Below are positions 8,958-18,500 of a stretch of 64,000 nucleotides of DNA, piece by piece. A program made the position numbers and the translations under genes. A model generated the notes under the pieces. It was given only the letters and a program-made list of their open reading frames with translations. It was not told the DNA's origin and made no database searches. How positions within the stretch are numbered: the first letter of the stretch is position 1; each line of letters opens with the position of its first letter. Origin of the DNA: a bacterium (GTDB taxonomy: Bacteria > UBA8248); assembly GCA_965213685.1 (NCBI GenBank), contig CBDBZY010000044.1:160001-224000 (forward strand). The letters are read 5' to 3'.

Positions 8958-10211
8958 CTATTTACAATGCGGGCACGGCGGGTACTTCTTGCTGTACACG
9001 GGGTGCTTCAGGAAATCCTCCGCCTTCCACTTCCAGAACTGCCCCACGGCGGGATAGGTTTTGATCACCATGTTCCAGAGCGAGTTCGGCTTGACGCCCA
9101 GGCCCAGGCGGTCGCCCTTCACGCGGGTCACCCGGCGGATGTAGCTGTTCTGCACCGGATTGCCGTATGTGTCCAGATAGACCGGCCCCCGGATGGCGTT
9201 GATGCGAATGGTCTTGAACGCCTTGAGGAAGGCCTCCGTGTCGCCCGGCTTGTAGCCGATCTTCTTGAGCGTGAGGTCCACCCACTGGCCTGTGGTGTAG
9301 GTGGTCTCGGAGTAATAGGAGGCCATTTTTCCGTAACGCTGCTGATACTCCTTGACGAACGCCTTGTTCTTCTCCGTCTCCAGGGCGGCGCTGTACTGCG
9401 CGGCCGTCACATAGCCGAGCGTCTCGTCGCCCATGCTGGGGAGGATGAACTCATCCGCGCTCGTCACGCCGCCGAGCATCGGCATCTTGAAGCCTGCGGC
9501 GCGGAACTGCTTGGGGAAGGCCAGGGACATGGGGCCGACCATCAGGGTGAAAATCGCGTCGGCGTCCTTGGGCACCTGCGGCAGGTACGGGCCGAAGTCC
9601 TTGGTGCCGAGCTTCGCCCAAATCCTCTTGATGATCTTGCCGCCGCGCGCCTCGAAGGCCTTGTGGAAGCCGCCCACGGTCTCGTAGCCGAAGGCGTAGT
9701 CCGCGCCGATGGTGACCACGCGGCGGTAGCCCTGGTCGTACGCCCATTCGGCGAGGGGGTGGCTGTTCTGGCTACTCGTGAAGCCGCTGCGCAGGAAATA
9801 CTTGAAGAGCTTGCGCTGGGTGAGGTCGTCCGCCGCCGGCACGGGCGAGATGTAGGGCACCTTGAAGCGGTTGGCGACCGGTGCGAGAGCGTATCCGGTG
9901 CTGGCGAGCAGGCCGCCCATGAACATGTGCACCTTGTCGCGCTTGATGAGCTTGAGTGCCTTGCGCACGTTCACGGCCGGCTTTCCGGTGGAGTCCTCGA
10001 GGATGAACTTGACGTCGAGCGGTCCCATCTTGTTCTTGACGTGCGCCAGATACATCTTGAAGCCGTTGCTCATGTCCTTGCCGATCTGGGCGAAGATGCC
10101 CGTCATCGGCGCGATGAACCCGATGCGCACCTCGGCGGCCCGTGCGCTGCCGAATCCGGCGCAGAACGCGACGCCGAACGCCAGCATGATGGTGATGAGC
10201 TTGCGTTTCAT
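8958..10211 (-). CDS. ABC transporter substrate-binding protein (LivK/Peripla_BP_6 family)
   Basis: Signal peptide, IGFIAPMTG, DYAFGYE, within the liv operon. Confidence 0.9.
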   Translation of the reverse strand: MKRKLITIMLAFGVAFCAGFGSARAAEVRIGFIAPMTGIFAQIGKDMSNGFKMYLAHVKNKMGPLDVKFILEDSTGKPAVNVRKALKLIKRDKVHMFMGGLLASTGYALAPVANRFKVPYISPVPAADDLTQRKLFKYFLRSGFTSSQNSHPLAEWAYDQGYRRVVTIGADYAFGYETVGGFHKAFEARGGKIIKRIWAKLGTKDFGPYLPQVPKDADAIFTLMVGPMSLAFPKQFRAAGFKMPMLGGVTSADEFILPSMGDETLGYVTAAQYSAALETEKNKAFVKEYQQRYGKMASYYSETTYTTGQWVDLTLKKIGYKPGDTEAFLKAFKTIRINAIRGPVYLDTYGNPVQNSYIRRVTRVKGDRLGLGVKPNSLWNMVIKTYPAVGQFWKWKAEDFLKHPVYSKKYPPCPHCK

Positions 10212-10258
10212 TCTTCTTCCTCCCTCGGTTTGTCAGGAGATGCGGGGCCGCGCCGTCC

Positions 10259-11282
10259 TCATCCCTCCGGGGTTTCCGACGGTGCGGCGGGTTTGCGAAA
10301 CTTGCTGAACAATCCCAGAATTCCCTCGACGCCATACAGGCGTCCCAGCATGATGGTGACGATGTAGATGGCGCCGAGAATCAACGGCCAGCGCTCCACG
10401 TAGATGCTGATGAACTGCTGCAGCGAGCGGATGATGGCCGAGCCGATCACGGGGCCGACCAGCGTGGCGGGACCGCCGAGAGCCACCATGAAAAGGGCCT
10501 CCGCCGAGGTGATGAGCTCGATGTCCGGCGGACTCACGAACAGGTTGAACAGCGTCCACATCACGCCCGAGACGCCGCTGAACATTCCGGCGATGATGAA
10601 CGCGAGGTATTTGTGGAGCCAGATGTTGTAGCCGAGCATCTCCATGCGCTCCTCGCGCTCCCGGATGCCGACCAGCGTCTTCCCGAAGGGGCTGCGCACG
10701 AGTCGGTACATCAGGCCGAGGCAGATGAGAAACACCGCGAGCGTGAAGTAGAAAAACGGGATTTCCGATTCGAGGGAGACGCCGAGCAGCGAGGGTCTCC
10801 CCAGGACGTTGATGCCGTTGTCCCCCTCCGTCACGGCACTCCAGCGGTAGGCCAGCCCCCAGACGACCATGGCGAGGGACAGCGTGATCATCAAAAAGTA
10901 CACGCCCACGGCGCGGATGGCCAGAAAACCGAAGAACGCCGCGAAGGCCAAGGCCACGAGGATGCCGAACAGGAAGATGTAGGGGAGGCCCAGCCCCAGG
11001 GCGTTCGACCACTCGAAGAGGGCGTACGTCCACGTCCAGTCCTCTTTCGTCATGATGATGGCCGTGGCGTATGAGGCGACGCCGAAATAGGCGGCGTGCC
11101 CCAGGGAGGCCAGCCCGGTGAACCCCAGGAGAAGGTCCAGGCTCATGGCGAGGATGCCGAAGACGAGAATCTCCGTCATCAGGCTTTGCAGGAAAAGGTC
11201 CAGAAACGGGGGTGACGCCGCCCAGGGCGAGGAACGCGCCCAGGACGAGGAGCACCCTCCTTTTCTCTGCGGAGTTCTCCAT
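10259..11282 (-). CDS. livM: Branched-chain ABC permease, one frameshift near 11210
   Basis: LLGFTGLASLGHAAYFG, SPFG, IRERE; N-terminus MENSAEK lies in another frame across a G-run. Confidence 0.85.
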
Positions 11283-11288
11283 CGGGGA

Positions 11289-12386
11289 TCAACCCTTTCC
11301 GAAAAGGCCGGTCGGCTTGATCGCCAGAATGATGGCCATGGGCGCGAAGAGCGCGAAGTAGGAAAGCTCGGGAAACAGCGCGGTGCCGAAGTTCTCGATG
11401 AAGCCGACCACGATGCTGCCGAGGACGGCGCCCCCCAGGCTGCCCAGCCCCCCGATGATCACCACGGCGAAGGCGTATGGCAGTATCTCGAAATCCAGGC
11501 CCGGATAGACGCCGAAAAACGCGCCGCCCACCACGCCGCCCGTGGCCGCCAGCAGCGCGCCGAGAGCGAATATGGCCATTTGCACGACGTTGGTGTTGAT
11601 GCCGATCCCGCGCGCCATCTCGGGGTCGTCCACCGCCGCGCGCATGATGGCGCCCAGGCGGGTGCGCTCGATTCCCAGGAACAGGACGACGGCGACCAGG
11701 GCGGCGGTGGCGATCATGAAGGCGCGGTATTGGGGCAGCGACAGCCCCCCGATCACGGCGCTGTGGTTGAGGGGCCAGGGTTGTTTCAGCATGAAGTTGT
11801 CCCCGCCCCAGGTGTAGAGGGAGCCGTCCTGGAGGATGAACGCGAAGCCGATGGTCACCAGAACCTGCGCCAGCGTGTCTTGCCCGAGGCGGCGCAGGAA
11901 GAAGCGCTCGATGAACATTCCGCACAGGGCGGCGACGGAGACGGCGAAAACCACGGCGGCGAGCATGCCCGCGAAGTTGATCTCGTCCACCGGCTTCACG
12001 GGCACGTGGGGAAAGAAGAGCGCGAAGAGTTGGAATCCCCACATCAGGCTGCTCAGCGCCTCCACGGCGACGTAGGCGATGAGCAGCCCCAGTGCGGCGT
12101 GCCTGGGAGCGACGCGACTTGCGAGCGCCCGCCAGGCGAGATACAGCAGCGCCCAGGAGGCGATTTGGACGATGCGCGGCAACAGGCTCAGGGAGCCGAA
12201 AACGACGTTGTAGAATTCGAGGGCCAGGTATCCGGCGAACAGGAAAAAGGCGGCGTGTGCGAGGTTGACGATGCGCATGACGCCGAAGATGAGCGAGAGC
12301 CCGCTGGCGAGGAGAAACAGGATGGCGGCGTAGGAGAGCGAATTATAGCTGAGAACGAGGACGTTGGAGAAGCTGAGCGTGGTCAT
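11289..12386 (-). CDS. livH: Branched-chain ABC permease with extra hydrophobic insertion
   Basis: GLSLIFGVMRIVNLAHA, TRLG..MRA, VIIGGLGS, KPTGLFG. Confidence 0.88.
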   Translation of the reverse strand: MTTLSFSNVLVLSYNSLSYAAILFLLASGLSLIFGVMRIVNLAHAAFFLFAGYLALEFYNVVFGSLSLLPRIVQIASWALLYLAWRALASRVAPRHAALGLLIAYVAVEALSSLMWGFQLFALFFPHVPVKPVDEINFAGMLAAVVFAVSVAALCGMFIERFFLRRLGQDTLAQVLVTIGFAFILQDGSLYTWGGDNFMLKQPWPLNHSAVIGGLSLPQYRAFMIATAALVAVVLFLGIERTRLGAIMRAAVDDPEMARGIGINTNVVQMAIFALGALLAATGGVVGGAFFGVYPGLDFEILPYAFAVVIIGGLGSLGGAVLGSIVVGFIENFGTALFPELSYFALFAPMAIILAIKPTGLFGKG

Positions 12387-12739
12387 TCATGTCTCGCTTG
12401 CTCTGGACGCGCGACACGCTGCGGAAGCAAACGCCCACGCGCGCGCGTCGCCGGCTCGCCCAAGTCGCATGAGCACTGGGGTGAAGTATCATCCCGGACG
12501 TTCATTATGTCCACGGTTCGGCGGATCCGTCAAGTTGACGGGGAAAGGGCGCTTCTCCCCTCTCTACCTTTTGGGGGACTGGCGAAAACCGGCGCGGAAA
12601 GATAAGGTTTGACGGACTTTCGGGCGCTGGGTTTTTTGTGCGCTCGCCCGTCCATGACGTCGTCATGGCGGGGCGATGCGCGTTTCGCCCGTTTGGAAGG
12701 CCGGACTCCCCTTTCGTTGGGACGATCATGGGCGCGGAT

Positions 12740-13981
12740 ATGCCGGACGAGAGAATTTTCCGGAACGCCAGAATCGACGCGGACGGGCCGCTGGTGGATT
12801 TGCGCGTCGCGCGGGGGCGATTCTCGAGCATCTCGGCGGGCGTCGGAAACGAGGCCGGCTCCGAGGAAATCGACCTGGCTGGTCGCGTCGTGCTGCCCGC
12901 CTTTGTGGAGAGCCACATCCATCTGGACAAGGCGTTTCTGGAGGAGCGCGCGCCCAACCGATCCGGCACGCTGGAGGACGCCATATCCATCACGCTTGCG
13001 CTGAAGCGGAGCGTGACGAAACCGGACATGATGGCGCGCGCCGAGCGGGCGCTGCGCATGGCGCTGCGGCATGGCGCCACGTGGTTTCGCGCGCAGGTGG
13101 AGGTGGACCCCATCGTGGGGCTCCGGGGGATGGAGGTCGCCCTGGAGCTGAAGGAGAAATACGCGGCCTGTGCAGATTTGCAGCTCGTCGTTTTTCCGCA
13201 GGAGGGAATCGAGCGGCAGCCGGGCACGGAGGAGCTGATGCGCGAGGCGATGCGGATGGGGGGAGACCTCCTGGGCGGCATCCCCTATAACGACCTCGAC
13301 CCCGAGCGGCACCTGGACATCGTCTTCCGCATGGCAGAGGCGTGTGGCTGCGGCCTGGATTTTCATCTGGATTTCTCGGACAGCCCGGACGATAGAAGAA
13401 TCGAATCCGTGGCCGCGCGCACCGTGGCAGAGGGCCTGCAGGGCAGGGTGGCCGTCGGCCACCTCACTTCGCTGGGGAGTATGGAGCGGGACGTCGCCGC
13501 GCCGATCATCGAGAAAATTCTCGAGGCGGGCATATCCGTCCTCCCCTTGCCGGCGACCGACCTGTTCCTGGGCGGCAGGGGGGATGCGCCGCCTCGCTTC
13601 CGAGGCCTCGCCCCCGTCAAGTGCCTCCTGGACGCGGGCGTCAACGTCGCCATCGCGTCGAACAACATCCGCAACGCCTTTACGCCATCGGGACGGGGAG
13701 ATTTGCTCGAAATCGGCCTCCTGCTCGCGCACGCCCTCCACATGAGCGGTGCGTCGGAGAGGGGCGCGATCCCCGATTTGTTCACGACCAACGGCGCGCG
13801 TGCGCTGGGCGTGGAGGATGGCTACGGTCTGCGGCCCGGGTGCGCGGCGGATTTCGTGGTGCTGGATTCCGTGAATTTCGAGGACGTCCTCATCGACCAG
13901 CCCGAGAAGCGATTCGTGGTGAAGCGCGGGCGTCCCATCGTGGAGAACGTCGCGCGGACGACCTGGCGGGAGATGGGCTAG
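12740..13981 (+). CDS. Cytosine/creatinine deaminase-like amidohydrolase
   Basis: ESHIHLDK, FPQEG, DFHLD, VGHLT, LRPGCAADFVV. Confidence 0.85.
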   Translation: MPDERIFRNARIDADGPLVDLRVARGRFSSISAGVGNEAGSEEIDLAGRVVLPAFVESHIHLDKAFLEERAPNRSGTLEDAISITLALKRSVTKPDMMARAERALRMALRHGATWFRAQVEVDPIVGLRGMEVALELKEKYAACADLQLVVFPQEGIERQPGTEELMREAMRMGGDLLGGIPYNDLDPERHLDIVFRMAEACGCGLDFHLDFSDSPDDRRIESVAARTVAEGLQGRVAVGHLTSLGSMERDVAAPIIEKILEAGISVLPLPATDLFLGGRGDAPPRFRGLAPVKCLLDAGVNVAIASNNIRNAFTPSGRGDLLEIGLLLAHALHMSGASERGAIPDLFTTNGARALGVEDGYGLRPGCAADFVVLDSVNFEDVLIDQPEKRFVVKRGRPIVENVARTTWREMG

Positions 13982-15232
13982 ATGGGCGTCATCGCCGAGG
14001 CCAACGCGGAGGCGCTCTCGCGCATCGTCGGCGCGGACCCCGTTCTGGTGGACGTGCGGCCGGCGGGCGAGGTGATTCGGGGGCTGGGCGAAGGCGTTCT
14101 CCTCCATGCCGGCCCGCCGATCGGGTGGGAGCGGATGTGCGGCCCCCTGCGCGGGGCTGTCGCGGGGGCGCTCGTTCTGGAGGGGTGGGCGGGGGATTTG
14201 GCTTCCGCGGAGAAACTTGCCGCATCGGGCGACGTGGCGTTTCACCCGAACCATCACTTTGGCGCCGTCGGTCCCATGACGGGGGTCACCACGCGCTCGA
14301 TGCCGGTCATGATCGTCGAGAACAGGGCGTTCGGCAATCGGGCGTATTGCGCCCTGAACGAGGGGTTGGGGAAGGTGATGCGCTTCGGCGGAAACGATGC
14401 GGAGGTGCTGGGGCGGCTGCGCTGGCTCGCGGATACCCTGGCCCCGGCCCTGTCCGCTGCCCTCCGGCGCATGGGAGGCTTGCCGCTCCGGCGCATCATC
14501 GCGCGGGGGCTTGCGATGGGAGACGAGATGCACCAGCGCAACGTGGCCTGCACGAGTCTCCTCGCCCGCGAGGTGGCCCCGGCACTCGCGCGCTCGGTGC
14601 AGGAGAGCGGGACGCTGGAGAGGGTGTTGTCCTTCATCGGCGGGAACGACCAGTTTTTCCTGAACGTCGCGATGGCCGTCGGAAAGGCGGTGATGGACCC
14701 GGTTCGCGGCATCGAGGGGGCGAGCATCGTCACGGCGATGTGCCGGAACGGAACGGACTTCGGGATTCGGGTGAGCGCAACGGGGGATGCGTGGTTCACC
14801 GCGCCCGTCGAGATGCCGGAGGGCTTGTATTTCCCGGGCTTCAGCGCGAACGACGCGAACCCGGACATGGGCGATTCCACGATCGTCGAGACGATGGGAC
14901 TCGGAGGGTTCGCCATGGCGGCGGCCCCCGCCGTCGTCGGCTTCGTGGGGGCGGGGCGCGCGGCGGACGCGCTGCACCACTCGCGCGCCATGTATGAGAT
15001 CACCCAGGGCGAAAACCCGGAGTGGGCGATTCCGGCGCTCGACTTTCGGGGAGTCCCCACGGGCGTCGACATCATGAAGGTGGTGCGGCTGGGCGTCACG
15101 CCCGTCATCAACACGGGCATCGCCCACCGCGAGCCCGGCGTCGGCCAGGTGGGCGCGGGCGTGGTTCGGGCGCCGCTCGCCTGCTTCGAGCGGGCACTCG
15201 AGGCCTACGGCGCGCGGATGGGCGCCGCCTGA
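13982..15232 (+). CDS. DUF1116/YlbE (oxamate carbamoyltransferase subunit AllG-like) protein
   Basis: LHAGPP, AVGPMTG, MGDEMHQRN, RNGTDFG, PDMGDS, PVINTGIAH. Confidence 0.88.
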   Translation: MGVIAEANAEALSRIVGADPVLVDVRPAGEVIRGLGEGVLLHAGPPIGWERMCGPLRGAVAGALVLEGWAGDLASAEKLAASGDVAFHPNHHFGAVGPMTGVTTRSMPVMIVENRAFGNRAYCALNEGLGKVMRFGGNDAEVLGRLRWLADTLAPALSAALRRMGGLPLRRIIARGLAMGDEMHQRNVACTSLLAREVAPALARSVQESGTLERVLSFIGGNDQFFLNVAMAVGKAVMDPVRGIEGASIVTAMCRNGTDFGIRVSATGDAWFTAPVEMPEGLYFPGFSANDANPDMGDSTIVETMGLGGFAMAAAPAVVGFVGAGRAADALHHSRAMYEITQGENPEWAIPALDFRGVPTGVDIMKVVRLGVTPVINTGIAHREPGVGQVGAGVVRAPLACFERALEAYGARMGAA

Positions 15233-15316
15233 GCGATCTTGGTTGGCGTGGATTGGCGGACTATGCGGGATGGGGTGGGCAGGTGCGAGTTTCTTTGCAT
15301 CGTGGATTCTCTCGTT

Positions 15317-16753
15317 TTATCCATACAGATATGGAAGTTGCGGGCGTTTGCCGGACAGCATGTCATCGAGCGTCAGGATTTGTATTCTTGGAAAAGGTTG
15401 AATGCCGAATATCTCCGCTTTTCGTATTTTGGGAGAGTAAATCCCCGATGTGTTGGCGAATTCCATCATAGGCTTCGTTGGTGGTTGTCGCGTGATGAAA
15501 ACTCCCGCGACCCGCTTCTCATTCAATAATGCTTTCAGTTCTCTGACCTGCTTCACGTCGACTTTTCCGCTTTTCACCGACAGGATAGCCTGTTTTCTTT
15601 CATTGCCGTCTCCGGTGCGCAGGGGAATGCGCCCGTCAATCCCGCCATCCGCCCCCAGCACGTTGTTCGGAAGCCCGCCGACAATGGCGACGCAGAACTT
15701 CTCAAACTCCTTTCGGGCATAAAACGGAGAGGCCTTGTTCAGCATGGTCTCCTCTACAGCCTCTTTTGTTTTCGGAACCCCTCTGATGTCGATTTGATTC
15801 CGGATATCAACCCGATTTCGCCGGAATCGTTCTTGAATGGCCCCGATGGAGGCGTATGTAATGTCGATACCGATCCATTGCCGCCCCGCGTTCTCCGCCG
15901 CCTCAACGGTGGTTCCACATCCGCAGAACGGATCGAGGACGATATCGCCAGGATTGGAGGATGCCTTGATGATGCGGTTCAGGAGCGCCAAAGGCTTTTG
16001 GGTGGGATAACCTAGCCGTTCTTTGGAGATTGGGGCGAGGATCTTTTATATCCCATACATCACGCATGGGCGCTCCAGGAGATTCCTTGTTCGTTTGACT
16101 TGGTTTCCTCCGGCCAGAGGAAAAGTCCGCGACTTGTTGCTTTGTCCCCCATGTTTCCTGCGTTGATTTTGCTAGTGGTTCATATAGTTGATTCCAAGTT
16201 ACGTGATCACTTTTTGTATAGCGTAAAATCACATCGTGCATTCTCTGAAAATTTTTTTGTTTTGCGGGCCAACGCCGATAGGCCCACACAATCTCGTTCC
16301 TGAAATTCTCGCGTCCAAAAATCCCGTCCAGTAGAATTTTGAGATAGTGAGAAGCAGTTGGGTCGCAATGGAGATAAAGGCTGCCGGTTGGTTTTAGTAT
16401 GCGATGCAGTTCGAGGAGCCTCGCCGCCATGTTGACGAGATAGGCCGACATCTGCACCTTGCCCAGCCCGTCCACGAGCGCGCGCAGGATTTGGCCCGCT
16501 TGCCCGCTTGCCCGCTTGCCCGCTTGCCCGCTTGCCGATCAACTTGCTCTAGCAGTGTATCACAATTCGGGGTCCAGGCCCATGTATCCTCGAACGCCGT
16601 TACTTGGCCCAAGTCGTCCTTGTAAATAATGTTGTATGCCCGATTTGAATTGAAGGGCGGGTCCAGATAAATTAAATCCACCCACTCATCCGCCATGTCT
16701 CGTAAAATTGGCAGGTTATCTCCATAATACAGTCGGCGAATGCGTTGGACCAT
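15317..16753 (-). CDS. Second beta-class DNA methyltransferase/Mrr-like fusion, out of frame at an 8-mer repeat (~16500) and at an A-run (~16045)
   Basis: Three consecutive frames give [16 protein letters not shown] / [20 protein letters not shown] / [26 protein letters not shown]. Confidence 0.88.
16494..16533 (-). repeat. Tandem 8-mer (GCCCGCTT)x5 inside the methyltransferase
   Basis: Five exact copies; removing one copy (8 nt) joins the upstream and downstream methyltransferase frames. Confidence 0.92.
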
Positions 16754-16776
16754 TTTTACTATATCCTTTCAGGGCC

Positions 16777-18456
16777 TCAATTCTCCAAGCGCTCATACTC
16801 GACGTGGGCGTCGATCAGAAACGGCTTGCCGGAGGCGAGCGCGTCGCGCACCGCGGCTTTCAGCTCCCCCGGCGTTTTCGCCCGCGCGGCGTCCACGCCC
16901 ATGGAGTGCGCCATCTGGAGGAAGTCGAGTTCCGGCGCCCGGAAATCCATGGCGACGAATTTTCTGTGCTCCTGCGTCTTGCCGTCGAGCCGGAGAATTC
17001 TCTCCTTGAGAATCCGGTAGCTTTTGTTGTTGAGAATGACGAACAGGGCGCCCAAGCCGTATTTCGCGGCGCTCCAGAGCGCCTGCACCGCGTACATGGC
17101 GGAGCCGTCTCCTGACAGGCAGACCACGGGCGTCTCCGGCAGCGCCTTCTTCACCCCCAGGGCGCTGGGAAGGCCCAGGCCGATGCCGCCTCCCTTCATG
17201 CCGTAGATGGCGCTCACCTTGCCGGCGATGGCGCGCTTGAGGCCTCCCCCGTGCCCCATGGTGAGGGATTCGTCCACGAGCGCCGCCCCTTCGGGCAGGG
17301 CGTCTCCGAATGCGGCCTGGAAGGTCTCTTTCGTCAAGGCGCCCGCGTCATCGCCGGCTCGGGGGGCGGCCGCCTCCCGCGCGGCGACGATTTCCCTCTC
17401 CAGCCGCGCCCGCCGCTCCTGTGCGCCGCGCCTCCCCGATTCGCCCTGTTTCTCCTCCACCGCCGCGATGAGCGCCGCGAGCGTGGTCCCGGGGTCTCCC
17501 AGCATGGCGACGTCGACGGGGAAGTTTTTGCCGATCTCCCAGGGGTCGAGGTCCAGGTGAATCGTTCGGGCGCCTCTGGGGGCCAGCGGAATTTCCGGGG
17601 GGAAGGAGAAGGTGTAGGTTTCCGTGCCGATGAAGAAGACGACGTCCGCCTCTTCGAGCTGATCCAGGAGCGGTTCGACCGTGTTGGGGAGTTCTCCCGC
17701 ATACAGGGGATGGGTGAGGGAGACCGAGAGGGAGTTCGGGCGGTTGTCCGAAAATGTCTTGGCGCCGATGCGCTCCGCCAGCCGCGCGACTTCGGCCACG
17801 GCGCCCGAGCGGGTGACGCGCGAGCCGGTGACGATGTGCGGTTTCCTGGCGCAGGCGAGCAGGTCCGCCGCGCGCCGGATGGATTCCGCAGGCGCGGGGA
17901 AGGCGCTGGAGAGGCGCGTGGGGCGGCCCGTGGGCGCCGGGGCGTCGGCGAGCATGACGTCGCCGGGCAGCGAGAGGAACACCGGGCCGGTGGGCGGGGA
18001 GAGCGCGTACTTGATGGCGCGGCGGACGCTTTGCTCCAGATCCTCCACCCGCCGCACCTCGTAGGACCACTTGGTGAGGGGCTCCGCCATCCGGGGCAAA
18101 TCGTCCCAGAGCACGGGTTCGGAGAGTTGTCCGCGCTGCCCCTGGTTGCCCGCCGTGACGAGGAGGGGGGTGCCGGCGCGCTTGATGTTGTAGAGCATCC
18201 CCATGGCGTTGCCGAGGCCCGGCGCGACGTGCAGGTTCACGGCCCCCACGCCGCCCGTGGCGTAGGCGTAGCCCTCGGCCGCCCCGATGGTGACGGACTC
18301 CTGGAGGCAGAGGACGTAGTCGAGTCTGCTCTCGTTCACCAGAGCGTCCATCAGGGGCAGCTCGGTGGTGCCCGGGTTGCCGAACATGCAGCCGACGCCC
18401 TCGTCCACGAGCGTTTCCAGAAACAGGTCCGAGCCGTTGCCGCTGCCGCTGTTCAT
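16777..18456 (-). CDS. TPP-dependent decarboxylase (benzoylformate decarboxylase-like)
   Basis: FGNPGTTELP, NLHVAPGLGNAMG, GDGS...NN TPP motif. Confidence 0.88.
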   Translation of the reverse strand: MNSGSGNGSDLFLETLVDEGVGCMFGNPGTTELPLMDALVNESRLDYVLCLQESVTIGAAEGYAYATGGVGAVNLHVAPGLGNAMGMLYNIKRAGTPLLVTAGNQGQRGQLSEPVLWDDLPRMAEPLTKWSYEVRRVEDLEQSVRRAIKYALSPPTGPVFLSLPGDVMLADAPAPTGRPTRLSSAFPAPAESIRRAADLLACARKPHIVTGSRVTRSGAVAEVARLAERIGAKTFSDNRPNSLSVSLTHPLYAGELPNTVEPLLDQLEEADVVFFIGTETYTFSFPPEIPLAPRGARTIHLDLDPWEIGKNFPVDVAMLGDPGTTLAALIAAVEEKQGESGRRGAQERRARLEREIVAAREAAAPRAGDDAGALTKETFQAAFGDALPEGAALVDESLTMGHGGGLKRAIAGKVSAIYGMKGGGIGLGLPSALGVKKALPETPVVCLSGDGSAMYAVQALWSAAKYGLGALFVILNNKSYRILKERILRLDGKTQEHRKFVAMDFRAPELDFLQMAHSMGVDAARAKTPGELKAAVRDALASGKPFLIDAHVEYERLEN

Positions 18457-18500
18457 GCGCTCTCCTTCCCGACAAATCTCAAGCCTGGGGGTTCCCAAGC

